Below, in pieces: positions 49,363 through 58,727 of a stretch of DNA of 64,000 nt; within the stretch, counting starts at the first letter, position 1, and each line of letters begins with the position of its first letter. Under the pieces are notes generated by a model. It worked only from the letters and a program-made list of their open reading frames with translations, searched no databases and had not been told where the DNA came from. Made by a program: the position numbers and the translations under genes. Source of the DNA: an uncultured Cyclobacteriaceae bacterium (GTDB taxonomy: Bacteria > Bacteroidota > Bacteroidia > Cytophagales > Cyclobacteriaceae); NCBI GenBank assembly GCA_966095315.1, contig CBHTSG010000009.1:29082-93081 (forward strand), in the 5' to 3' direction.

Positions 49363-52016
49363 GAAAATTTTTGATTTTACTGCTATTTGGTTTCGGGATA
49401 AGTAACACCTATAGCCAAAATAGTGCTATTCGAAAAATTGATTCACTCATTACCCTTGCAGATTATAATCAGGCTTTCATCGAAGTAAATATTTTTTCAT
49501 CAACTGTTAGCGATCCTTCACAACTGACACTTCTATCAAATAAAAAGGCAGAACTATTAACCCTTCAAGGAAAGCTAATAGAGGCAGAAAAAGTCATTGA
49601 AGAAATTAAACCATCCACTACTTTTTTGGAAGGCATCACTCTTACCAATCTTGGTTTCATTCAGCTTAACAAAGCACGCTTTGATCTTGCCCTGGAAAAG
49701 CTAGAGCTTGCGTTGGAGAAGTTTCGCGCTGCCAATCAACTCAACACCCGCGAAGGCGCAAAATGTCTTGCCCATCTGGCGTTGGTTTATTCCAGCATGG
49801 GAAAATACAATCAAGCAAGGGACAATGAATTGCAAGCATTGCAAATCCGTCAGCAACTTTATGGAGATCAAAGCGAGGAAGTTGCAGCCTCATTGAACGA
49901 CCTCGGATTAATTCTCTTGCAAAGCGATGGTGACAAAGCACTGGAGTATTATGAAAAGGCATTGGCCATCTATCAAAAACTTCACGGAAACAATCACCCC
50001 AAAATTGCCATCTCTAATACAAACATCGGAATCCTTTATCGGCAACAGGAACTCTACGGGGATGCAATCAACAACTTTGAAAGCGCACGCGCGATTTGGG
50101 AAAAGATTTACCCGAATGGCCATCCAAACACAGCATTGGTCAACTCCTACCTGGGACAAACTTACCAGCGAATGAGAAATCCTTCGGTTGCCTTTCAGTT
50201 TTACGAAAAAGCGTTGGAGTTATATAGAAGGGCATATGGAGAAAAACATCCCGACATTTCACAAACACTAAATCAAATTGGATTAGTAAAGCTCGAAAGC
50301 AAGAAGTTTGACGAGGCAATAACTAATTTTCATCAGGCCATCATCGCAAACTCTCCGCGATTTAATTCACCAGATTACAAAGCTAGTCCTGCCATTACCG
50401 ATTACTACAATGCTAAAGTGATGCTTTATTCGGTGCACTTCAAAGCACAGGCGCTGGAGGCAAGACACTATGGCAAAACATTAAGGCTTGAAGATCTGAA
50501 ACTGGCGCTGCAAAATTTATTGGTATGCGACTCCATTATTGATGACATACGCCACCACAGTAGCGATGAGGGTGATAAATTGGCGTTGGGAGAATCAGCA
50601 AATGAAGTTTATGAGGATGGTGTTCGTATTGCTGAGGCAATCAGCATTATGACCATAAAATCAGATCACTATCGGCAGTTCGCATTCTATTTTGCAGAGA
50701 AGAGTAAATCAGCAGTGCTGCTTGAATCAATTGCCGATGTTCAGGCCAAATCTTTTGCGGGAATTCCTGACGGATTGATTGAGGAGGAAAAGACTTTAAA
50801 ATCAACCATTACGCTTCTCTCACAAAAATTAGCACTCAAGCCCTCACCGGAGGAAGAGCGTACGTTGCGCGAACAACTATTCACTAACAATCAAAAGTAC
50901 ATTGCCTTTACCCGAAAACTGGAACATGATTATCCCAACTATTATGATTTAAAATTCAATCAGTCTACAGCCACCATTGCACAAATTCAAAATAGCCTGG
51001 AGGATGGAACCACTGTGCTGAGCTACTTTATATCGGAGAAATCCAAACGACTTTATCTTTTCAAGATCAGCAAGTCGAACGTTACGCTGTTGAATTTAAC
51101 CTTACCCGATGACTTCGATCGACAAGTAAAAGGACTCACCAATGGAATATACTATTCCGATTTTTCAACCTATAAAAAGAGTGCCATCACCCTATCAAAG
51201 CTATTGCTTCCTTCAATTAAAGATGATCGGGTTATTATTATTCCTTCAGGCCGATTAGGAACACTTCCTTTTGAAGCTTTAGTGACCAATAAAAAGCTCA
51301 GTGATTTTCCGGATGCCGCTTATGCACTGGAGAAATACAAAATCAGTTATGAATTTTCGTCAAGCCTGATGTTACAGAAAAAACAGAAGTCGAAAGATAA
51401 TATCAATCCATCCATATTTCTATGTGCACCCGTTCAATTCAACGAGCGCGACAATTTGAATGATTTGCCCGGCACAGAGCAAGAAGTCAACACCATAGCT
51501 GGTTTATTCGGGGCAAATTCAAAGTCCGTAAAATTTAAAGATGCTTCCGAAAGTTTGATTAAGTCCAAATCCATTGCTAATTATACCTTCTTACATTTTG
51601 CTACACACGGCATTGTGGACGAAACTGAGCCAGAACTCTCACGCATTTTTTTACAGGCGAGTGACCGGGAAGACGGAAATTTGTATGCAGGTGAAATCTA
51701 TAACATGAATCTTCAAGCCAACCTCGCAGTGCTATCCGCTTGCCAGACGGGGCTTGGAAAATTTTCGAAAGGTGAAGGCGTCATCGGATTGTCCAGGGCG
51801 TTGGTGTATGCGGGGGCAAAAAATATTATCGTTTCATTCTGGAGCGTAAGTGATGAATCTACCGCACAACTGATGGAAGAATTTTATAAAATTCTGCTCA
51901 AAGAAAATTCATCAGATTTTGGTTCGGCTTTGCAAAAAGCCAAGCTGAAAATGATCACCGAAAAGAACTATTCAGCCCCATATTATTGGGCACCCTTTGT
52001 ATTGATTGGCAACTGA
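49359..52016 (+). CDS. exported TPR + CHAT (caspase-like, C14-clan) protease
   Basis: Signal peptide and tandem TPR repeats. LHFATHG and VLSACQTGLG His/Cys dyad, SFWSVSD, PYYWAPFVLIG. Confidence 0.93.
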   Translation: MRKFLILLLFGFGISNTYSQNSAIRKIDSLITLADYNQAFIEVNIFSSTVSDPSQLTLLSNKKAELLTLQGKLIEAEKVIEEIKPSTTFLEGITLTNLGFIQLNKARFDLALEKLELALEKFRAANQLNTREGAKCLAHLALVYSSMGKYNQARDNELQALQIRQQLYGDQSEEVAASLNDLGLILLQSDGDKALEYYEKALAIYQKLHGNNHPKIAISNTNIGILYRQQELYGDAINNFESARAIWEKIYPNGHPNTALVNSYLGQTYQRMRNPSVAFQFYEKALELYRRAYGEKHPDISQTLNQIGLVKLESKKFDEAITNFHQAIIANSPRFNSPDYKASPAITDYYNAKVMLYSVHFKAQALEARHYGKTLRLEDLKLALQNLLVCDSIIDDIRHHSSDEGDKLALGESANEVYEDGVRIAEAISIMTIKSDHYRQFAFYFAEKSKSAVLLESIADVQAKSFAGIPDGLIEEEKTLKSTITLLSQKLALKPSPEEERTLREQLFTNNQKYIAFTRKLEHDYPNYYDLKFNQSTATIAQIQNSLEDGTTVLSYFISEKSKRLYLFKISKSNVTLLNLTLPDDFDRQVKGLTNGIYYSDFSTYKKSAITLSKLLLPSIKDDRVIIIPSGRLGTLPFEALVTNKKLSDFPDAAYALEKYKISYEFSSSLMLQKKQKSKDNINPSIFLCAPVQFNERDNLNDLPGTEQEVNTIAGLFGANSKSVKFKDASESLIKSKSIANYTFLHFATHGIVDETEPELSRIFLQASDREDGNLYAGEIYNMNLQANLAVLSACQTGLGKFSKGEGVIGLSRALVYAGAKNIIVSFWSVSDESTAQLMEEFYKILLKENSSDFGSALQKAKLKMITEKNYSAPYYWAPFVLIGN

Positions 52017-52033
52017 TTTTTGGAGGAGATCTT

Positions 52034-52156
52034 ACCTGCCCTACAGTAGAGGGTGGTTTTGGCCACTCCTACTGTTCAGGTCAGGTGTCACACAGATTAA
52101 CGCTATGGCAAATAGATTTTTTCTGTGCGCTTAGAGAACCCCAAAGTAGAAGGTTC
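52034..52156. other. structured non-coding element (candidate ncRNA), identity unknown
   Basis: Three consecutive hairpins in an intergenic gap; see findings. Confidence 0.45.
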
Positions 52157-52244
52157 GGTTTCAATTTTCCTAAGAAAAAACTAAAACTTTGTTGGGCATG
52201 AAAAAATGGCCTTTTTTGCGTCAAAATGACCATATTTGCTACCG

Positions 52245-52889
52245 ATGGAGGATAACTACAAGCAGCGAGGTTTGCGCAATAAATTGGTCAAAAAACTGGC
52301 TTTAAAGGGCATAAAAGACCATCGGGTTTTGGATGCCATCGGGAAAGTGCCCAGACACGTTTTTTTCGATGATGCCCTGCTAAACCATGCCTATGAAGAC
52401 AAGGCTTTCCCCATCGGGGAAGGCCAGACAATTTCACAGCCTTACACGGTTGCATTTCAGTCTGAAAAATTGGAAATCAAACCGGGGGACAAGGTACTGG
52501 AAATTGGTACCGGCTCGGGCTACCAGGCTGCCGTACTTTTGGAGTTGGGGGCCAAAGTGTACACCATAGAATACAACCGAAAATTGTACGAAAAGACAAA
52601 AGACTTTTTACCTCAAATGGGGTACCGCCCATTCTTTTTTTATGGGGATGGCTCAAAAGGAATTAGCGCTAAAGCTCCCTTCGATAAAATAATTGTCACA
52701 GCTGGTGCCCCCATCATTCCACAAGCTTTAATTGATCAACTTACTGATAATGGAATCATGATTATTCCGGTTGGCGATCGTGAAAAACAAAAGATGTTAA
52801 GGATCACCAAAAAAAATGGAAAAGTTAAGCAGGAAGAGTTTGACAATTTTGCCTTCGTGCCGCTCCTAGGCGAACAAGGCTGGAAGTGA
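52245..52889 (+). CDS. pcm: protein-L-isoaspartate O-methyltransferase
   Basis: VPRH.F, AY.DKAFPIG.GQTISQPYTVA, LEIGTGSGYQAAVL, FDKIIVTAG, FVPL. Confidence 0.95.
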   Translation: MEDNYKQRGLRNKLVKKLALKGIKDHRVLDAIGKVPRHVFFDDALLNHAYEDKAFPIGEGQTISQPYTVAFQSEKLEIKPGDKVLEIGTGSGYQAAVLLELGAKVYTIEYNRKLYEKTKDFLPQMGYRPFFFYGDGSKGISAKAPFDKIIVTAGAPIIPQALIDQLTDNGIMIIPVGDREKQKMLRITKKNGKVKQEEFDNFAFVPLLGEQGWK

Positions 52890-53743
52890 TGAAAAAAGGT
52901 TTCACCATTCTTATTTTATTTCTGGCAGACTGCTTTTCGTTAGCGGCTCAAAATGATTCTTTACATTTTGCCACATCAATTTGGGAAGTAAAAAGATTAA
53001 CACGCGGAGTTGAGAAGAAAACTATTCACTTCGACTCAGATCTCTTCCATTCCAGCCAAAATATTTCGATCGTTTCCGTAAAAAAGAAAAAGAGAATTTT
53101 TGCGATTGGATATGAGGCAAAAGAATTAAAAATCACCAGTGAATTTGGAAAAGCACATCGCGCACTTGCGGCAATCAACGGAACATTCTTCGATACAAAA
53201 AATGGTGGCTCGGTTGATTATCTCCGAATGGATGGTAAAGTGATCAGCGAAAACACATTGCTCAAATCCGGTGCTCGTGCAGTCCATCAAAAGGCAGCCA
53301 TCATAATCAAAAAGGGCAGATTGGAAATCAGCAAGTGGAATGGCCTTGACGATTGGGAAGCCAAAATCGAAGGCGATGAGGTAATGAATTCAGGGCCGCT
53401 GCTGATTGAAGATAGAATATCTCAAAAGTTGGATTCTTCTGGTTTTACGTTCACACGACACCCACGATCAGCAATTGCCACTACTAGGCGTCACGTCTTG
53501 CTCATCACCATCGATGGCCGAAATGAAAATGCCGCAGGAATGAATCTCTACGAACTACAATCCATCATGCGTTGGCTTAATGCAAAAGATGCCATCAATT
53601 TGGACGGAGGGGGTTCCACCACATTGTGGATTGATGGCGAAGGAGTAATCAACTATCCAAGTGATAATAAACGATGGGATCACGAAGGTGAACGAAAAGT
53701 AGCCAATGTGATACTGGTAATGAAAGGCTCAAAGCGAAAGTAG
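52886..53743 (+). CDS. phosphodiester glycosidase (NAGPA-like) family protein
   Basis: AINGTFF, GPLL, RHPRSAI, DGR...A.GM, AINLDGGGSTT, ERKVAN. Signal peptide. Confidence 0.88.
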   Translation: MMKKGFTILILFLADCFSLAAQNDSLHFATSIWEVKRLTRGVEKKTIHFDSDLFHSSQNISIVSVKKKKRIFAIGYEAKELKITSEFGKAHRALAAINGTFFDTKNGGSVDYLRMDGKVISENTLLKSGARAVHQKAAIIIKKGRLEISKWNGLDDWEAKIEGDEVMNSGPLLIEDRISQKLDSSGFTFTRHPRSAIATTRRHVLLITIDGRNENAAGMNLYELQSIMRWLNAKDAINLDGGGSTTLWIDGEGVINYPSDNKRWDHEGERKVANVILVMKGSKRK

Positions 53744-55024
53744 ATATTCTTTCAGGCTTTCAAAGCGATCGCTCAATGGAGTACATTTTTTTTGTCTTGC
53801 TAAAAGTCTGCTAAGCCGTTCCGGGATTTCACAATCGATCCCTAACACATCATCTACCACCTCCTTAAATTTTGAAGGGTGAGCCGTTTCTAAAAACACA
53901 CCTGTACAATCCGGATTTTTATCCATGTAATTTTTCAATCCCAGATATCCGACAGCTCCATGTGGATCTAACATGTAAGCATCTTCGCGAAAAACGCTTA
54001 TCATCACATCTCGTGTTTCTTTATCCGAAAAAGAATACCCGGTAATCTCACTTCTAAAAGATTCCAGTTCCTCATGGTAAAGGGAGTTGAGCCTTGCAAA
54101 ATTGCTGGGGCTGCCAACATCCATTGCGTTGCTGATAGTGGTAACGGAAGGCCGCGCTTTGAATAATCCAGTGCTCAAAAATTCTGGAACAATGTCATTC
54201 TGGTTCGTTGCGGCTATAAACTTATGAACAGGCAATCCCATTCGCTTGGCCATCACGCCAGCGGTCAGATTCCCAAAATTACCGCTAGGAACAGAAACAA
54301 CGATTGGTCGGTCAGTCTTTATTTGAGCATAGGCACGGAAGTAGTAAAACATTTGCGGGATTAATCGCGCGATGTTAATTGAATTTGCAGACGTGAGAAA
54401 AAGCTTTGATGTGAGATCACGGTCAAGAAAGGCTTGCTTCACCACGCGCTGGCAATCATCAAACGAACCATTGATCTCTATCGCATGAATGTTTCCGCCA
54501 AGTGATGCAAATTGCATTTCTTGCAAAGCGCTCACTCGACCCTTTGGATACAGCACAACCACACGAGTGCCATTTACATTATAAAACCCGCTTGCCACTG
54601 CGCCTCCGGTATCGCCTGATGTGGCCACCAAAACCGTAATCTCACGATTCAGTTGCTGAGCGTAATGTGACATCACTGCGGAAAGAAATCTCGCACCAAA
54701 ATCTTTGAATGCTAATGTGGGTCCATGAAACAATTCAAACGCGAAAATATTTTCCTCAACGCTTTTTAGTGGAGCATCAAAAATGAGCGTGTGCTCAATG
54801 ATTGCCATTAATTCTTCGCGAGTGAAATCATCTTTCAAAAAAGCATTGGCAACCTCGAAGGATAATTCGCGAAATGATTTTCGATTTGCCTCCGAAAAAA
54901 AAGATTCAGGAAATTGTGGAATAGATTCAGGAAGATATAGGCCCTGATCATCGGCAAGCCCTTTTAATACTGCTGACCGAAAATCGACAAGATGTTTCTT
55001 ATTGTTGGTACTGAAATACTTCAT
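53729..55024 (-). CDS. thrC: threonine synthase
   Basis: ELFHGPTLAFKDFG, ATSGDTGGA, NSINIARL, VPSGNFGN, ETAHPSKF. Confidence 0.97.
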   Translation of the reverse strand: MKYFSTNNKKHLVDFRSAVLKGLADDQGLYLPESIPQFPESFFSEANRKSFRELSFEVANAFLKDDFTREELMAIIEHTLIFDAPLKSVEENIFAFELFHGPTLAFKDFGARFLSAVMSHYAQQLNREITVLVATSGDTGGAVASGFYNVNGTRVVVLYPKGRVSALQEMQFASLGGNIHAIEINGSFDDCQRVVKQAFLDRDLTSKLFLTSANSINIARLIPQMFYYFRAYAQIKTDRPIVVSVPSGNFGNLTAGVMAKRMGLPVHKFIAATNQNDIVPEFLSTGLFKARPSVTTISNAMDVGSPSNFARLNSLYHEELESFRSEITGYSFSDKETRDVMISVFREDAYMLDPHGAVGYLGLKNYMDKNPDCTGVFLETAHPSKFKEVVDDVLGIDCEIPERLSRLLARQKKCTPLSDRFESLKEYLLSL

Positions 55025-55959
55025 GGTAATAAATTTTCGGTGCGTGCCCCGGTAAGGTTAATTTTAGAATGATGAACTTCACTTGCTAATCCACAATTGA
55101 CAAAGTGTAATTTAGCGCTGGCCCCAGCACGGTGCGAGCTTTGCTCATCAGCGCTGAGTGCAAACATGGTAGGCCCGGAGCCAGAGATGCCGCACCCTAA
55201 TGCTCCCGCCTCAATCATTACTTTTTTGCATTCTTCAAAACCAGGAATGAATACCGAACGTGAAGGTTCTACCAGCACATCTTTCAGCGATCTTCCAATC
55301 AGTGAATAGTCGGGTTGCATCAATCCCACCATTAGACCTGCAATATTACCGGCTTGAGCAATGGCGTCTTGCAATCTGACCACAGGCTTGAGTACACGCC
55401 TGGAATCCTCCGTTTTTATTTCCATCATTGGGTGAATTAATGTACAGAATAGTTGTGCCGCAACGGGAATCTGCACGATGTCCAACGGATGATAATCTTT
55501 TATCAAAACGCATCCGCCCAGCAATGAAGGAGCAACATTATCGGCATGAGCTGAACCGCAGGCGACTCGTTCGGCTTCCATGGCATGTGGTATTAATTCC
55601 GTCCGGGATAGTGGACTACCGAGCAACTGATTAATTGCTACCAATGCAGCTGCTGCGCTTGCCGCACTGGATCCCATCCCACTTCCAAGGGGTAATTTTT
55701 TTATCAATTCAATTTCAGCACCGCCATGATGTCCTTGCGAATGCAAAAAAGATAGTACCGCAACACTTGCAGTGTTCTTTGTAGGTTCTAACGGCAGCCT
55801 GCCTTCATCACCGCGTATCGACTTCACTACAACACCCGGCTCTTCCACCAGTGTCACAATCACTTCATCTTCTGGTGCATCAACAGCAAATCCCAACACA
55901 TCAAAACCGCAGCACACATTCGCCACAGTAGCGGGTGCAAAAGCTTTTATGGATCTCAT
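55021..55959 (-). CDS. thrB: homoserine kinase
   Basis: APATVANVCCGFDVLG, LPLGSGMGSSAASA, HADNVAP, ISGSGPT. Start placed at MRSIKAF. Confidence 0.96.
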   Translation of the reverse strand: MRSIKAFAPATVANVCCGFDVLGFAVDAPEDEVIVTLVEEPGVVVKSIRGDEGRLPLEPTKNTASVAVLSFLHSQGHHGGAEIELIKKLPLGSGMGSSAASAAAALVAINQLLGSPLSRTELIPHAMEAERVACGSAHADNVAPSLLGGCVLIKDYHPLDIVQIPVAAQLFCTLIHPMMEIKTEDSRRVLKPVVRLQDAIAQAGNIAGLMVGLMQPDYSLIGRSLKDVLVEPSRSVFIPGFEECKKVMIEAGALGCGISGSGPTMFALSADEQSSHRAGASAKLHFVNCGLASEVHHSKINLTGARTENLLP

Positions 55960-55963
55960 ATTT

Positions 55964-58420
55964 TTAATTTGAATAATTTCCAATTCGAATGATATCTGCA
56001 AACACGCCTGCTGCGGTAACAGTGGCCCCCGCACCCGGACCACGGATTACCATGGGGCGTTCATGATACCGGTTGGTTGAAATTAAAATGACATTATCAC
56101 TTCCGGAAAGAGAATAAAACGGATGAGATGCATCTACCCGCACCAACGAAACTTTCACTTTACCTTTTTCGATGGTAGCACTGTAGCGAAGCTTAAGGCC
56201 CTCCGCCTCGGCTTGGTTTTTCATTGCATCAAAATAATGGTCATGATGCTGAAGCTGTTTGAAAAATAGCTCAGTGCTCAGCTCTCCGCGACAATCTTCT
56301 GGCACCAGATTATCCACTTCGATATCAGTGAGTTCAATGGCATTCCCAATTTCTCTTGAGAGTATCAGAGCTTTGCGAGCCACATCCATACCATTGAGAT
56401 CATCGCGTGGATCAGGTTCGGTGAATCCTTTCTCCTTTGCGAGCCTCACGATCTCACTAAACTTTGCATCTCCCTGAAGCGATGAGAAGATAAAATTCAA
56501 TGTTCCACTCAATACCGCCTCAATTCGAATGATTTTATCGCCACTGATTTGTAAATCATTCAGCGTATTTATTACCGGCAGGCCGGCACCTACGTTTGTT
56601 TCATAAAAGAATTTTACACCTCTTCGGGAAACAGATTTTCGAATCTGACGATATTTTTCAAGGGCACCGGAATTTGCTTTCTTATTTGGAGTAACAACCG
56701 AAATATTTGCTTCTAAAATTTCTGAATAATAGTCAGTAAGATGCTCACTTGATGTGCAATCGACAAAAATGCTATTGGACAAATTCATATCGATCATTCT
56801 TTTGATAAAATCATCAAGCCGCATTGGTTCGCCTGTCGATTTCATCAGGTCGATTGAAGCCTTCGAGAGTGACAAGCCTCCTTCATCAAAAATCATTTTA
56901 GTTGAATTAGCGATACCCAGCAGATTAATTTCAATGTCTGTGTTCTCAGAAAGATTATTGAACTCCTCTCCCATCATATGAAGGAGCTCCGATCCAATGA
57001 GCCCAGTACCAATCAGAAAAATATTCAACGCCTTTTTGTCAGAAAGGAAGAAGGCTTCATGCAGTGAATTCAGTGCTTTGCTTACATCACTTTGCCGAAT
57101 AACAGCGGAGATATTGAGCTCTGACGATCCCTGAGCAATTGCCTGAACATTAATACCATTTTTTCCCAGTGTTACAAACATGCGTCCGCTAGTGCCAGGG
57201 TTGTGCTTCATATTTTCACCAACAATCGCAATAATCGCTAAATCATTTTCAATGATCACTTCGTCCATTTCCTTACTCTTAATTTCATACTGAAATTCCG
57301 ACTCAATGGCGGACTTGGCTCTTGCTGCGTAAGCACTTTCAATGGCAAAGCAAATGGAGTGCTCTGAAGAAGCCTGACTGATAAGTATTACGTTGATTCG
57401 TTCACGTGCAAGAGCTTCGAACAGGCGCATGGAGACACCAACCACTCCTAATAATCCACTGCCTTGAACATTTAACAAACTCACATTCATTACTGAAGAA
57501 ATCCCCTTGATGATCAAGTTTTTTCCATTGCCCTTTGCATTGATGAGCGTGCCGGCAAACTCCGGGTTGAATGTATTTTTAATGAGGATTGGAATTCCGT
57601 TAATCATAGCAGGCTGCATCGTAGCCGGAAAAATCACTTTTGCCCCGAAGTGTGAAAGCTCCATCGCTTCTTCATAAGACATTTCATGAACGGTGAAGGC
57701 TTTCTTTACCTTACGGGGATCAGCGGTCATCATCCCATCCACATCGGTCCATATCTCCAGCACTTCTGCTTGCAAAGCCCCGGCAAATATTGCTGCGGTG
57801 TAATCCGATCCACTCCTGCCCAGCGTAGTGGTTTCGCCTTCGGGAGAACTCGCAATAAACCCTGTAATAACCTGCAACCCCTTTGCTGCACTGAAGTAAT
57901 CTTGAATTCTCCGATTAGTAATTTCGAAATTCACTTTTGCGTGATTGAACTGACTATCCGTCACAATCACCTGTCGGGCATCGAGGTAATAAGCATCTAT
58001 GCCAGATACCTTAAAGGCTTCCGAGATAATCAGTGCCGAAAGTCGCTCGCCAAAACTCATGATGTAATCGAGCGATCGCGGTGTGCGCTCTTTGATCAGG
58101 AATATTCCATGAAGAATGTCATCAAGTTCATTGATGAGCACTTTTACTTTTGCCAGCACATGACTTTGATTTTGAATCGGTATGAGTTCACGCACGCTAT
58201 CTAAGTGACGTTTCTCTATAGCTTCCAATTGCAACTTGTATTGATCATTCCCCGAAAGGGCTAATGCACTTGTACTGATAAGTTGATCCGTTACACCACC
58301 AAAAGCAGAGAAAACAACCGCCATCGAATCGCTCGACAATCGTGCTTTTATGATGCTGATAATACTTTTTATTCGTTCGGGCTTTGCAACAGAAGAGCCA
58401 CCAAATTTTATAATTTTCAT
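55964..58420 (-). CDS. thrA: bifunctional aspartokinase / homoserine dehydrogenase I
   Basis: KFGGSSV, LGRSGSDY, WTDVDG, two ACT repeats, G.GLIG, TPNKKA, YETNVGAGLP, GPGAG...TAAGVFAD. Confidence 0.97.
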   Translation of the reverse strand: MKIIKFGGSSVAKPERIKSIISIIKARLSSDSMAVVFSAFGGVTDQLISTSALALSGNDQYKLQLEAIEKRHLDSVRELIPIQNQSHVLAKVKVLINELDDILHGIFLIKERTPRSLDYIMSFGERLSALIISEAFKVSGIDAYYLDARQVIVTDSQFNHAKVNFEITNRRIQDYFSAAKGLQVITGFIASSPEGETTTLGRSGSDYTAAIFAGALQAEVLEIWTDVDGMMTADPRKVKKAFTVHEMSYEEAMELSHFGAKVIFPATMQPAMINGIPILIKNTFNPEFAGTLINAKGNGKNLIIKGISSVMNVSLLNVQGSGLLGVVGVSMRLFEALARERINVILISQASSEHSICFAIESAYAARAKSAIESEFQYEIKSKEMDEVIIENDLAIIAIVGENMKHNPGTSGRMFVTLGKNGINVQAIAQGSSELNISAVIRQSDVSKALNSLHEAFFLSDKKALNIFLIGTGLIGSELLHMMGEEFNNLSENTDIEINLLGIANSTKMIFDEGGLSLSKASIDLMKSTGEPMRLDDFIKRMIDMNLSNSIFVDCTSSEHLTDYYSEILEANISVVTPNKKANSGALEKYRQIRKSVSRRGVKFFYETNVGAGLPVINTLNDLQISGDKIIRIEAVLSGTLNFIFSSLQGDAKFSEIVRLAKEKGFTEPDPRDDLNGMDVARKALILSREIGNAIELTDIEVDNLVPEDCRGELSTELFFKQLQHHDHYFDAMKNQAEAEGLKLRYSATIEKGKVKVSLVRVDASHPFYSLSGSDNVILISTNRYHERPMVIRGPGAGATVTAAGVFADIIRIGNYSN

Positions 58421-58457
58421 AAACAGAAATAAATTAAAAGGCTTAGAAATTGAATGC

Positions 58458-58535
58458 TTGATTGGCAATCAACTCCTGGAGTAGTTGCCATCAACAGTGA
58501 TCGGGTAATATGGTGGCGATGACGGGTTACCCCGT
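58458..58535 (-). promoter_or_regulatory. putative thr operon attenuator (alternative RNA helices)
   Basis: Minus strand: ACGGG-GTAA-CCCGT over the leader stop; GTCATC/GATGGC alternative helix; TTGATGGCAA...TTGCCAATCAA hairpin. Confidence 0.65.
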
Positions 58536-58628
58536 AATGGTTGTTGTAGTAATGATCGAAGCAAAGCAAGCCACTGTTTCAATTGCTGAAACAGTCTTTG
58601 AAGTGATTGAATTGGCTTGGTGATTCAT
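58527..58628 (-). CDS. thrL: thr operon leader peptide (33 aa, MNHQANSITSKTVSAIETVACFASIITTTTITG)
   Basis: Ends IITTTTIT. 8 Thr + 5 Ile of 33 residues, 106 nt upstream of thrA on the same strand. Confidence 0.75.
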   Translation of the reverse strand: MNHQANSITSKTVSAIETVACFASIITTTTITG

Positions 58629-58635
58629 TACGCTG

Positions 58636-58666
58636 CAAATAATCTTTTTCAATGATGTATTGCAAA
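58636..58666 (-). promoter_or_regulatory. putative sigma70 promoter for the thr leader (TTTG-N19-ATTATTTG)
   Basis: Near-consensus -33/-7 boxes ending 7 nt before the leader ATG. Confidence 0.5.
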
Positions 58667-58727
58667 GTTTTTTTGTGATTTTTGTGCGACTAAAACACAA
58701 ACGAACACTTAGTAGGAACATAAAATT

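Noticed and set aside
52060-52095. Minus-strand ACCTGA...GTAGG resembles the 3' half of a TPP riboswitch
   Set aside because: No CUGAGA motif or P5 stem, and no thiamine gene downstream.
52076-52100. CAGGTCAGGT resembles the SRP (4.5S) RNA core
   Set aside because: The required downstream CCGGAAGGAAGCAGC / GNRA-loop half is absent.
58527-58721. 64-aa TTG-started version of the thr leader ORF
   Set aside because: The extension runs through the putative promoter and the divergent intergenic region. The ATG at 58628 fits the promoter better.
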